DNA of 64,000 nt, from assembly GCF_018350175.1 (NCBI RefSeq), contig NC_058368.1, forward strand, positions 59,770,001-59,834,000, written 5' to 3'. The notes below the pieces were generated by a model that saw only the letters and a list, made by a program, of their open reading frames with translations, was not told where the DNA came from and ran no database searches. Made by a program: the position numbers and the translations under genes. This document shows, one piece after another, positions 1 to 12,845 of this stretch (position 1 is its first letter; each line of letters opens with the position of its first letter). The stretch comes from Felis catus (taxonomy: Eukaryota).

Positions 1-3000
1 ATCACTATTTATGTATTAAAAACTACATTATCACTAATTACTGTCAATCCCTACTGATAGTAACCCCTTGGCAATTAACTGACAAAGTAAAAATCAATAC
101 TACAAAATCAGTTAGTATTTAATTGCCAAAAATACCAAATATCAAAATATCACTTCAAAATACATAATGGATGAAACTACCTTGACTTCAAAAAGGAACT
201 TAGCTACTATTTTGCAGGAGACATAGGGAAATGGTTGTAATCTGTAGCTAAATATACTCCCTTTATCTCTTTCCACTCATATGCAGTTGTGTTGACAGTC
301 TCCCCAACGGAAGATGTTCTTATTTAGTGCTTATTGTGTATTCACCACTAAGAAGAATTAGCTTTGTTTCAGAACTTAGAAACTAATCAGGATACTACAG
401 TGAGCGAGGGGAGGATTGGGGGACATGGGAATTGGTCCCACAGTAAACTTTCAAGTCCACATTTCTATTTGTCCTGCTTAGACAATGAAATAAACTGTGC
501 CTTTTACTTACCGGCTTGGACTATATATTGCAATCTTGTTTAAATAGATTTCTACCTCTTCTCTATGTAAATTCATGCACTGTGTGCATGTCTGGTACTC
601 TGATTCTCCAGAAAATGGTTTCACTTCTGCTCTACTCATATCTTCCTCGATTTCTTCTATTATTAGTAAGATTTTTAGAGGTAGTCTGCTTGCAGATTTA
701 AATACAGTTTCAAATGTTATTATTTATGGGCTCAGCTACTGCTGAAACACAAATTATGTAGCATTAATTTTCAGTGCAAAATCTCCTTTGTTATCTATCT
801 AGATATTTGTACCCTGAATTATAAACTGGGTGAAAAACAACTTGAGTGAGTGTCCCTTGAATCTTGCTCCATTCACTGGTAATTAATATGCCTGCCTATT
901 TCTGCTCTAGTCATTGGCTTCAAATAAATCTTTTCTCTGACCTCTAAGTAGTAGAAGGAAATATCTGTCTTTTCTTTCCCAACCACCCTGGTCAAAATAA
1001 AGGATTCCAAGAAAAAAAAAGTTATAATGATATATTTTTTTTTGATATGGTCTTTGAACTTACTACTTTTTCAAAAAATTCTAATTACCCATTTCAAGCA
1101 ATAAGATAAAGGGGCAATGCAATTGTATTTACCGGGTTGAAACAGAAACACACATTTTCATTTTAGTTAAATGAGAAGAAAAGTTAATCTTCACACCTCT
1201 AAATCCTCTGTGATATGCTGAGAGTTATACTTACACAATGCAAACACAAACAAAGGAAGTTGAAAATTTTGGTCATAAAGGTTGTCAATCTTCATGATGA
1301 TTTCAAAAATTGTTTTTGAAAAATAAATATAAAGGTAATCAAATACGCTCTCCAAAGCTATTTGTAGTTTTATATTCTGATAGTCTAGTAGAACTGTTTA
1401 AATAAAATTAATTCTTGGAAAATTAAACTCAGTCTAGTACCAGATAACCAACTGTAGTTACTTTATTTCAATTACTTCAACATAAACTTATAAATTCATT
1501 CTAAATCAAAAGAGGTTATGAAATGTTGGGTTAATGTTTAACTAAAATGTTTAATAATACATGATATTTTATTTGCAGTTATAATTGTTTAGAGTTCATA
1601 TTTGGTCTCTTTCATACATATACTTCAAATTATACCTAAATATCTTTCACATTATATATAAAATATATAATATTTGGATTTTTATATATATAATTTTTGA
1701 ATGTCTTTTGACATTTTTGAAATGTTAAACACTTAAATAATGGTTTGTTTTGTTTACCAGTCCTGTACATCTTGTATATAAGACATATTGCCTTATAACA
1801 GACATGATCTTTTATTTCAAAAAATATTCATGTATCTGTTAATATATTTTTAAAATGTTTGTATATTCATAATTCAAATTGGCAATCAGTTTGACTCAGA
1901 ATATTTATAAAAATAGAGCAATATAGTTATTAGTTTTTTATTTACTCTCCAAATCATTAATATGTTTCTCACAAAACTTAAAATATTCTCAGTATTGCAC
2001 CTGCTGATATGATTGTCAAATGTAAATGTTACTCCCAAAATTGTCAGTATATTTCTTCTAACAGATACATTAAATTAAAGTGAATATCAATTAAGTATAA
2101 GGAACAAACACATATTTTCCAAGTTACTATTTTAATCCCCACTCAAGCTTTTAGTTTATGTCATGCTCTTTTTCCCCGTCCAAAGGACTGAACATTCCTA
2201 TTGTCCCTATTTTACAAGTCTCATTTTCAGCTGAAAATTCATTATGTTGCCATGTCCTTATGACTTTTGATTTTCATTAGAGATCATTATACTATGGGGA
2301 AATAAACATGTCTCAGAGACAATATAAGTAGAGTCTTCTCAGCTTTGATTACTTAGCGTTGTGTTTTTAAATTAATGTCTAAACACTGAGATCAATTAAC
2401 ATTTTTGAAGAAAGTATTTTCCGCACAACAAATTGCATTTAAATTGTCTTGTGGGAAGTTCATTGTCATAAAGTGTAATTTAAGAAAATTCCTGTCACTC
2501 CTTGGTTATGATAAAATGGAAAGTCTGATAAACATTAACCCCTACAAATAGATAAGAAAAAAGGAAATGAAAGTTCTCTTTAAGGTGTTGAAATGTTTTA
2601 GAATCGATTTTCATGTCAGATGATTAATGTAATAACATAAAATAAGGCAGAATGCTTAAGGAATAATAAAGAGAAAATAACAGTGAGTACCTTGCATCTC
2701 TGGAACATTTTGTACAGTGGCTAACATAGCTTTTTCTTAGGTAGTAATAATGCTAACACAAAATTCAAAGAGTGCTTTTTTTTCAGATGGATGAGATCAA
2801 GTAGAAACATATATTTCACATATTTGGTTCAGAGAATGAAACACTGAGAAAATAAAAGCAAAACCACTTCACTTAGCTGTGTGTGAGTTCAATTTGGGAA
2901 ACAGCCACTGGTCCTAGGCTCCAATGAGCAGATGGTTCAAACACATCTGGTAGTTTAAATAACTCAGGAAATGGACACTTTAGCTTTTCACATCAAACTA

Positions 3001-3030
3001 TCGTCACTTTTGAATCCCAAGTTGTGGTCT

Positions 3031-3230
3031 TTTTTTTTCAAGTTTATTTATATATTTTGAGGAGGCTGGGTGGGGAGGCAGGGGCAGAGAGAGAGGGAGA
3101 GAGAATCCCAAGCAGGCTCTTCGCTGTCAGCGCAGAGCCCAATACTGGCTCTATCTTACGACTGTGAGATCATGACCTGAGCCAATATCAAGAGTCAGAC
3201 ACTTAACTGATTCAGCCACCCAGGTGCCCC
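3031..3230 (-). mobile_element. Can-SINE, older feliform-type copy
   Basis: Reverse complement starts GGGGCACCTGGGTGGCTGAATCAGTTAAG, followed by the CT-rich tract and A-rich tail; no clean TSD. Confidence 0.93.
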
Positions 3231-3727
3231 TGCAGCTCTGATTATAACTGTGATAAGTGCTTTTTCCTCGAGTGACATGAGTAGATGCTGAAAACAACAC
3301 CGAGGATGATGCTGAATGACACACTGAAAAATTAACCCGAATATCAGCCCGATGACTCAGCTTTGGGTCGACTTCCGATGAAAGCACTTAGAACTCCACT
3401 GTAAGGGCAGATGACAAAGGTGAAAGTGAATAACATCCAATAATTAAGAAGCAGAGCTAATATTAAAAACCAAATGCACATAAAACTGCAACATCCTCTC
3501 TAAAGCTGACAGAGAATTAAATACATCATGTTATCATTGGCACCAGTGATCAGGAAGTGCAGATATCATCTGGATCATTAGAGATTCTTAAAATGCCTTA
3601 AACAATTCCAATTATACGTTCATCATGTGCTTAGAGTTTTTATTCATAAAGTGTACCTGGGTAAGGTGCATCTTTTGTAGTTTACCCCAACAATACACAG
3701 TATTGTTAGCTCTTTATGCCCTTATCT

Positions 3728-3956
3728 TTTTTTTTTTAATTTTTTTTTCAACGTTTATTTATTTTTTGGGACAGAGAGAGAGAGACAGAGCATGAATGGG
3801 GGAGGGGCAGAGAGAGAGGGAGACACAGAATCGGAAACAGCCTCCAGGTTCTGAGCCATCAGCCCAGAGCCTGACGCGGGGCTCGAACTCACGGACCGCG
3901 AGATCATGACCTGGCTGAAGTCGGACGCTTAACCGACTGCGCCACCCAGGCGCCCC
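3728..3956 (-). mobile_element. Young felid Can-SINE (SINEC_Fc-like)
   Basis: CpG-rich head; 17-bp TSD TCTTTATGCCCT(T/A)ATCT at 3711-3727 and 3957-3973. Confidence 0.97.
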
Positions 3957-4379
3957 TCTTTATGCCCTAATCTAATAAGAGTCAAGATTCATTCCACACT
4001 TTGGAACAGGGGCGTGGTAACTTCTAAGCAGTACCTAAGTATGTGAGTTTGGATTTGGCTAAATTGTGTTGTTAAAGGTGAAACTGGCTATATCCCAAAG
4101 TATTATTTTTAAATGGGGAATATTGAGTACTTACGCATTTTTAAAGGATTTGATCTTAAATCTCTGAATGATGAAGTCTAATATTTCATCAGAACAATTA
4201 GAATTTTAGAGGAAGATCTATAATTCAGGAATAAAAGCATATGAAAAATATTTTGCTAAAAATATAAAGACAACATTTCTGCTTCTAAATAAAAATACTG
4301 AGAAAAGAGTTATTTTAAATATAGTAATATATATTTTAGTAACATGAATGCTAAAAAATGAAAAGTTCAGTGGAGATTA

Positions 4380-4550
4380 AAGACCTGAGTTAGAATCACA
4401 GATCTGTCCCTAATGTGCTTGTATAAAACTTTGCAATTTAATTAACTTCTCTGTACCTCAGGATTATTATTATTTTAAATGGTAATGAGAATTCTCACTT
4501 CAAACATTTGTTGTGAGTAATTCATGAGCTCATGTAGGAGAAAAATCCTG
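4380..4550 (+). mobile_element. MIR SINE fragment
   Basis: Degenerate core (ATTAACTTCTCTGTACCTCAG...AAATGG...TTGTTGTGAG). Confidence 0.65.
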
Positions 4551-5029
4551 GTGGATGATGAACATATGAAAGCATGCATTTGTTTCCTCTTACAAATCTA
4601 TAATGCTGCCTTAAAGTCACTTTTTAATTAAAAAATCATAAATATAAGAAAGGTAAAATTAAATTAAATTAAATCGAAGAGATTTAAAATAATCCTATAT
4701 ATGCATGCATTATAGAAAATAGATTATTAAAATGAAAACACACAAAAATAATTGCTGTATTTTTACTCAGTTTTCTCCATATCATTCTGTATGTAGTCAT
4801 TAGAAAGGCTAATGAAATTATTTATTTGTCCTATATTAATTTTAAAATATAATACAATAGGTGAATAAAATATTATTTACTACAAAATATTGTGACTATA
4901 ACTTAAATTTTTTTCAATTCAGGTTTTTATTTCTAACGTTTCCCTCTTGAAAGTTGCAATTTGACCCTACTGGAGTACTGTATTTGTGGAGTTTACATCT
5001 AATGGGTACAGTTTTATATATATATGTAT

Positions 5030-5195
5030 CAAATCTGGAATGGATTAGAGAATACTTAGCTCTATCAATATTCTAACTGTCTTTCTCATAGATATTAATA
5101 AACTGGTTCTATTATGTATATAGACAAGCAAAGAACTAAAATTTCCATGACAATTTGAATGAAAATAAAATGGGAGCACTGTCCTACCAGAAACC
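5030..5195 (+). mobile_element. Old L1 ORF2 fragment
   Basis: Degenerate similarity to the ORF2 segment at ~24500-24710 of this window (TGGATT...GAAAATAAAATGGGAGCACTGTCCTACCAGA). Confidence 0.5.
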
Positions 5196-5599
5196 AATAA
5201 AAACACAGGGTTAATTTAGACCTCCTGCAGACAAATTCAAACCAGAGTAAGTGTTCATTTTACTTAGTATAAAATGTTGCTCATTTCATAATGGAAGCGG
5301 TCCAGTATAATCAGCCTACCTCCAGGTATCAGGCTCATCACCCCCGGAATGGTGGCTTATTGGGGCTGACTTTTGGTCTTTGCTGCTGACAGATTAGGCC
5401 CTTGGCATTCAGCCTTGGTGAGTGAAATTCCAAGTAGCTGAACCTATGCATAACTTCCATTTTTGCTACCATTTCCACTTTGCTCATCAACCCAGTGGGC
5501 AATGACAGAGGAAGCTGGGAAAAGAGGCCATTTGGTATCCACAAAATGGATCACCCTAATCACTTGATAACTAAAATTCTTTTTGCTGAGTTCAACTTT

Positions 5600-5829
5600 T
5601 TTTTTTATTTTTAAATTTTTTTTTCAACGTTTTTATTTATTTCTGGGACAGAGAGAGACAGAGCATGAACGGGGGAGGGGCAGAGAGAAAGGGAGACACA
5701 GAATCGGAAACAGGCTCCAGGCTCTGAGCCATCAGCCCAGAGCCTGACGCGGGGCTCGAACTCCGGGACCGCGAGATCGTGACCTGGCTGAAGTCGGACG
5801 CTTAACCGACTGCGCCACCCAGGCGCCCC
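5600..5829 (-). mobile_element. Young felid Can-SINE
   Basis: 15-bp perfect TSD GCTGAGTTCAACTTT at 5585-5599 and 5831-5845. Confidence 0.97.
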
Positions 5830-5845
5830 AGCTGAGTTCAACTTT

Positions 5846-6063
5846 AAAAACAAATTTAATGTTTATTTATTTTTGAGAGAGAGAGAAAGAGCATGAGTTG
5901 CGGAGGGGCAGAAAGAGAGAGAGGTAGACACAGAACCTATAGCAGTCACTAGGCTTTGAGGTGTCAGCACAGACTCCGAAGTGGGGTTCGAACTCATGAA
6001 CCCGCGAGATCATGACCTGAGCTGAAGTTGGACGCTTAACTGACTGAGCCACCCATTTGCCCC
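5846..6063 (-). mobile_element. Older Can-SINE
   Basis: Diverged head and body; decayed TSD TGAGTTCAACTT / TGAATTCACCTT. Confidence 0.93.
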
Positions 6064-7087
6064 AGTGAATTCACCTTCTGATAAGTATTTACAAACAACA
6101 CAAACATCTTCATTTTTTCCCCATTCAAAGCCATTCCATGTAATATAACTCTTCTCCAATTTCTTTGTCACATATTTTCCAATCATGTTCCTTCTAAGTC
6201 CCTGACTAACCAGCCAAGCATAAATCATAACATAAACAAATACATAAGTGCACATCTGGTTATTTCTCATTCAAAGCAAAGTGAAGAAGCAGGAATCCTG
6301 CCTGAGGTTTTGGCCACTGGGAGGCTTTCTCTCCCTACTGTCCTTCAGCAATATCTCAGAGAGGAGCTACAGTGCTCCAGCTCTCCATCTTCAAGTGGTG
6401 CCTACAATCCTGTGGAACTGATCTGTAAACCAGGCTAAAGTCTTCTTTAACTCTGTCAACTGGTTGTAGGGAACTCTCCATGAAATCCTAAATGTAGGGG
6501 GGAGGGCAAGACTTTTAACAAAAATGAAAAAAAGGTGTTATTCAAGAATCATACCAGGGGTATTTCCTAACAATACACAAGAGAAGCAAAGGGCCCTTCA
6601 GATGGGGCTGAGCAGAGAAGTTTTTATGGGAAGCAAATAGTTCAAGAATGCTAAGGCTCAATGAGGTATCAGTAAACATACTAATTAAGATAGATTATTG
6701 GAAAGAGTCATCCCTGAATTTTGAAGGAGGAATCGGATATTAGGCATGCATGTGTATGAATAAAGGTAAGTTAACAAGCTTCTGATTTCCCAGTATTTCT
6801 GAAATTTTCTGACAATGTTTAAAGGAAAATATGTTTTATAAGAGTTAAAGGAGTTTAATGTATGGAGACCGGAATGGGATTGGAAGCTAGAGGAAATTCT
6901 GAATGAGGTATAGAACTACAGAGATTAGTTTGGACTCTTGTCGCAAATAGGCAAGAGGGCCAGAAATATATACCACGGCTGCAGCATTTGGAGATCTTGG
7001 GAAATGAGAAAACATTGGTAAAGCTATAAATTCAGGGATGATCCTTGCAGAAAAGTGGGAATGATTTCCAGTATCCTCGGTTGGCTT

Positions 7088-7140
7088 TTATTTGTTTATT
7101 TGTTTTGTTTTGTTTTGTTTTGTTTTGTTATGTTTTGTTT
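7088..7140. repeat. (TTTTG)n simple repeat
   Basis: Directly visible. Confidence 0.9.
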
Positions 7141-7939
7141 GCAGAGAAACTGAACAAAATGCTAATTGCATTTAAGATACCAAAAGGAGAAGAGACAAGT
7201 TTGTAAATGAAATAATGGAATAAAGATTTAGTAAATCTTTTAAAATCTTCCTTGCCAGATGCAGTGCTCTGCTGATGGTTCATGGTATGCATTGAGTTGT
7301 TGAGCCTCATGAAACTCATTGCCCTTATATTGCCTACAAAGAAGAAAGTGTATACTGTCATATGATATTTAAAGGCAAATTCTGTTAATTATAATAATGC
7401 TATAATTTTGTATTAATTGATTTATATTATCTATCATGCAATGGTTATTAAATTATAAACAATGAAATAATTGGCACACAATTTTACTTACTAAAATTTA
7501 GATTGTAAGTTTCTATCACTGAGATTTAAGTTCAGTTGTTAAGATAAAAAATACAATTTGCTATTTAAATTACAACTTTCTAGAAAGATTGATTGTTTCA
7601 TCAGGTGTGGATGGGATAGTCCATACTCATTGAAGAACACAAATATTTCCAAATGACTTATTTGCATTTTAAGTTTAATTCTGTGTCCCTATATTACAAG
7701 GGAGGTGCTGACATTTTTAAGCCTCACTGATCTTTACAGCTCTTCTCCTAATATATTAACCATAAACAAAAAGTCATTAAGGATATGGTAGCTGAAGTTC
7801 AAAATTATTTTTTTACCTTATTTAAAATTATAGCTTCAAACTGAATGTTTATCATATTTTTATTAAATATGTATGTTATATGTTCCAAGAATCACAATAA
7901 TCATCATATATTTACCCGTCTATATTGTTGAAAAGCAAA

Positions 7940-8115
7940 GTAGCTATGTGACATTAAGCAAGTTGATTAAAGCCTTTGGGCCACTCTTTCCAAATGCTTA
8001 AAATAGTGATAATAAGATACCTACCTGTCTTATGGGATAATCCTGAGAATTAAAAAAGTTAGTATTTGTGAAATGCTAAGAAATGTGTCTAACAAATGTT
8101 AGGCACCAAATGCAT
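7940..8115 (+). mobile_element. MIR SINE, 3' half
   Basis: TAGCTATGTGACATTAAGCAAGTT...TACCTACCT...TGAGAATTAAA...AATGCTAAGAA. Confidence 0.75.
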
Positions 8116-9991
8116 TTAAACAGACAAACCAAATTATTTGAAGATGCTTTTAGGTTTCAAGTATTTACGTAGCAAATCAACAACACTCAATTTACCAAGA
8201 TGAAAATAAGCCATACTTTGCATTTTCTATAATTATGTTGTCAATATGCATCTATTATGATATACTTATTATATTATACAAAATATGAAATTACATTCCA
8301 ATCACTTACAAACCAGGTTGTTAATATCTATATTTTCTAAATGTAACTTGTATAACATAATATTATCTTGGGAAAAAAACAAGATATGGTAAAATTGAGT
8401 AATTAAGAATGTTTTTTGTTAATTAGAAATGTTAAGCCCAATTAATTTCTCTTCATGGGGGAAATCAGAGTTGATAAAAACTGTGACTACCTTTTATTAA
8501 TTTGGGAAGGATGAAAGAAAACTTTTTGTTTACCATGTACTTGTTTATTTTCATTTTCCTACTTAACTATAATAAGACCATATTATTGAGCAGTGTCTAC
8601 ATGCTATAAAATTTGATCACTGTTCCACATAAAGGATATATTTTAATATAATAATATAATTACTAAAATTAACATATTAATCTAAGCCATCCATTTACTG
8701 TCCATGACACGATGTCAGTCCTGATTCCTTTTACTTAACCAAATTTTGCTCACAGTAAGGGTATTTATATATACACATATGTTTTATAAGGAAGGCCTAC
8801 ATGGCCACATCTCTCAGAATCTATTTGAACCAAGGATCAAAGTGCCTTCAGGGCACTAGTACACTAGTACACTAGACTAGTACACTAAATTTTCACTCAT
8901 TCAATGGACATTACATTATCCAATCATATCACGTTTAACAGTTTGTCTCAGAAGTGCTCAGAAGTGCCTCAGAAGTGCCCGGGACATAACACCCCTGGAA
9001 GTGAAACATCTACAAATTGGAGACTGGAACTGATGAACCAAATCCTCCCCATCAGTTTCTGGAAAACCTCAGGGATTCTTAGAGGCTATCTCAGGTAGAT
9101 CTACCAGTCAGTTACACTTGGGGCAGACATCTCACCTCTGTAATGTATCTGTTCTGACTTTCTGTTCCTTGCTTTGTTCACCCTGTTCTCCCTTGTTCCC
9201 TGGGTTGTATTTCTTAACAGAGTATCTTAACAGAGTATTTACGAAGAAGTCATTGCCTAAAGCTCCACTTTCTGCACAACTACCTCAGAAGTTATGGAAG
9301 CCTTCGCAAACATTTTTAACTGGCTTGGATGTAATAAGCATGAACAATTGTTGGATAAAATGTTGAAAATAAGGCATTAGCTACACTGAAGATTTTTTTT
9401 TTAATTCCTTGAGGTTTTTTGTTTTGTTTTGTTTTTTTTGGTCTTTTCCTAAGATATTCTCTTGACATAATGAAAAAATGCATGACTAATAAGTGGCTTT
9501 TTAAAATGCCTTTTGCCTTTAATCAGTATTGTACTAATTATGTTTCTGAGTATATAATTGTCTGCTCTCCTGAAAAGAAAAAAGAATCAGTTTTCATAAG
9601 ACAAAGATTTTGTCCCCAAAGTGAAAAAAAAAAACAATTTCTTTAAATTCTTCAAATTATAATCATATAGGTTTCCTTGCAAACGATAATTACACTGTGT
9701 CCCTATAATTTCTCTCAGTACAGATTTAGCTCAAGTCATGTGTATGATCATTGTATGGCAATAATACAATAGTTTCTCCTCACGTGACTCTATTGTGGCT
9801 AAGATTCCCTGGCCCACATTTGCAAAGAACTCATGGGAAGCCAAGAAACTGGAAAAACCAAGGAGATAGGAGTTACTTATTTTTTTAATTAACAGTTCTG
9901 CAAGGCACACTTACATTTAATACTTGCATCTCTTATAAAAATACTCTCTTAACGTTCATACTTTTCTGAGTTCATTTATATACAAATGTTT

Positions 9992-10234
9992 TATGTTGTT
10001 TTATTTTAAGTTTATTTATTTATTTTGACAGATATAGAGAGAGACAGAGAGGGGGAGAGATAGAGAGGGGGAGAGACAGAGACAGAGACAGAGAGAGAGA
10101 GAGAGTCTCAAGCACGCTCCATGTTGTCAGCATGGAGCCTGATGCCAGGCTCAATCCCATGAACCTGCGAGATCATGACCTGAGCTCATATCAAGTGTCG
10201 GTCACTCAACCAACTGAGACATCCAGGCACCCCC
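9992..10234 (-). mobile_element. Can-SINE with expanded (GA)n tract
   Basis: Head ends CATCCAGGCACCCC; T-rich tail on the left. Confidence 0.93.
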
Positions 10235-11121
10235 AAATCATTTATTTTAAAACCAAGTTCTTAAAACAGCTATGGAAAATAGAGACTTTTTGATATAAAA
10301 AATACTTACTAGTATTTCTTATTTTCCTTCATTGGATATATTTATATAATTTTTAAAGAGTCATAGATTCTAAGAAAAGCACACTAACTTTCCTGAGAAA
10401 ACATGAGCTGTTTTTTATTAAATAACTTAAAACTTGATAAGTTTTCTGCAAAATTCATATTAAAATCTATTTTGTCATCTCTTTTCAGTTTTATGTCATA
10501 CCAGCAGGTGGCAGGATTAAGGCACAAAATTTCTGAATCCTTGAGAAAGGTAGAAAAACATTCCTTTTCAGTGTCTTGGGGATGGCAGTTGTATTATTCC
10601 CATTCATAGAGATGACTCAACTCACCCAACTCTCCTCTTCAGCAGATACGGCTCTTTCCTTGAAGCTGTTGAGGCTATGATCACAATCATCACTTTGATC
10701 ACAAGTTGTCACTGTGCTGCAATAATGTTCAGCCTTTACCATAAAGCAGGTCCATGGCATATGGACACATAAATCTGGATCTTTTTAATACTAGGCTATG
10801 CCAGGCACACTTTGTGGGAGAATGACTCTATTCATATGATAAGGAATAGACTGAAATTAAACAATCTTGCCTTTTAAAGTCAAAGATTTTTTTTTTTTTG
10901 TGAGTGGTGCATTTTTGCCTTGTGTTTGATCAAAGTAGATGATAAATTTATAGATTATGTGTCATTTGTAAAATGATTAAAATGTTTAGTTTACTTAAAC
11001 CTGGTGGTTCTTTTCCACTGAAATTCTCTCATGTTTCTGTTTCTATTTCCTTTGTCAACAAACACACGCATGCCTTGGTGAAATAAGTGCCACTAAACTG
11101 GTTTTCCTATATTACATAATA

Positions 11122-11354
11122 TTTTTATATATATATATATTTAATTTTTTTAATGTTATTTATTTCTGAGACAGAGAGAGAGACAGAGCATGAGTGGGGA
11201 GGGGCAGAGAGAGAGGGAGACACAGAATCTGAAGCAGGCTCCAGGCTCTGGGCAGTCAGCACAGAGCGCGACACGGGGCTCGAACTCACAAACCATGAGA
11301 TCATGACCTGAGCTGAAGTTGGTCGCTCAGCCAACTGAGCCACCCAGGCACCCC
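11122..11354 (-). mobile_element. Can-SINE, intermediate age
   Basis: Complete head, body and tail. Confidence 0.95.
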
Positions 11355-11411
11355 TATTTATATTTTCTTTTACATTTATGTTCTCTGAGTTCTCTTATTA
11401 GGTCAATTTTT

Positions 11412-11598
11412 TTCTTTTCTCTCTCTCTCTTTTTTCAGATTTATTTTAGAGAGACTACAGCATGTGCACGAGAGCAGGGGAAAGGGGCAGAGTGAGCACT
11501 GAGCCAGATTCATGGGGCTTGATCCCACAACCCGGTATCATGACCTGAGCTGAAATCAAGAGTCAGATGTTCAATCCACTGAGCCACCTAGGCGTCTG
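11412..11598 (-). mobile_element. Older Can-SINE
   Basis: Flanked by TAGGTCA(A/C)TTTT at 11399 and 11599. Confidence 0.9.
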
Positions 11599-12679
11599 TA
11601 GGTCACTTTTCTTAAAGGGGTACTCATCTTCCATACCTTCCTTGCAATCCTACTGAAAAGTGTGTAATCAAATCAGAATACAGCATAATATACTAACATA
11701 ATAAAGGAATTGCTCCTATAAAATATATTTAATAATTGATTGCTAATTAAAGGAATTGAGAAAAACTATATTTATCATTACCAAGTTCTAAAATTTGTCT
11801 AAGAATTATAATGAGATGGTAAGTTTAAAATGCCTGGCACATAATCAATATATATGCATTGCATTTTAACATCCTTCTCCCATATTAAGTGTATAGCCAA
11901 AATTTTTATTTTATGGGAGTAAAAAACATGCCCTTCAATAAAATAACATGGAAAGAATTTAGCCATATGTTTTCTATATTATGAAATAAAAGGAAAGCAT
12001 CTAAAATGGATAACTAGAGTGATGTTCAAGTGTTCATAATATTATTAATCTCAATACAAGATAAATATATATGGTAAGTGAAGAAAACCAGTGTAAAGAT
12101 TTACCCACTGGTCATCGTGAGGCTGTATACAGCCTTAATGTATACATTAAGAATGTATAAGCCAGTGAGAGGCCAGTGCACAAGAAAACAGCAAAACACT
12201 GGTATAATATTATAGCGTATGCTTTTTATAGATTTCTCATGTGTCACAACACAGAAGGTAGGGATATTTTCCTAAGTTTAATTAAATAAAAGATCTCAGT
12301 CATAAAGTAACATATCTATAATCACCCACTCACAGAAGGAAGGACTGGGGTTGAAACCTTGGAGGATACAGTTCAAAGCTGTTGTTCTTTTCTTTCCTTT
12401 GCCAATGTCACCATTCTTGATAATATGTAGCACTGTATTCATGCATTTATTTTATATTCTATTTTGCACCCCTGCAATTTCAGCCAAACTCATAGTCTGC
12501 TACACTATGTAAATTTCAGCCTGAGCTTATTCATGTGAATTTGTTTCATAATAATAATTGACCTTAGCATTATTAAAATACCCCAGTACTCTTATATTAT
12601 TATATAGTACTGTTATGATTAGCCAAATAATAACATGATTAGTATGCAAAGGCCTCAGTTCCAATTTTAGTTTTAGTTT

Positions 12680-12845
12680 TATGCACATTATATAGTCAAG
12701 TTCTTACAACAACCCTAAAGAGTAGCACTGTTGTTATCCCCAATTTACAGTCAAGGCTTGTGAGCACAGAGCAGTGCAGGACCTTGACCACGATCACACA
12801 GCCAGAGTGGAACAAAATTTGAATGTAGGCTATCTGAGTCTTGTT
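12680..12845 (-). mobile_element. MIR SINE
   Basis: CTTACAACAACCCTA...TTATCCCCAATTTACAG...ATCACACAGCCAG is the antisense MIR core. Confidence 0.8.

Larger units (their letters stand above)
5225..6483 (-). mobile_element. ERV-L (class III) pol remnant, RNase H to integrase N-terminal half, split by two SINEs
   Basis: Minus-strand translation gives WRVPYNQLTELKKTLAWFTD, ICQQQRP and GDEPDTWR*ADYTGPLP...NTYSG, matching recalled HERV-L/MuERV-L Pol motifs; contains stops and frameshifts. Confidence 0.9.

Noticed and set aside
3728..3956. tRNA-like A/B-box heads as tRNA genes
   Set aside because: They are tRNA-derived SINE heads with CT tract, A tail and TSD; no full cloverleaf
5611..5853. Recurrent ORFs such as GAPGWRSRLSVRLQPGHDLAV (also 14003, 26671, 57627) and MAQSVK...SAQVMIS
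   Set aside because: Translations of Can-SINE copies, not a gene family
8854..8980. Short repeats as a CRISPR-like array
   Set aside because: Units are 8-11 bp with no spacers, in a mammalian context with no cas genes
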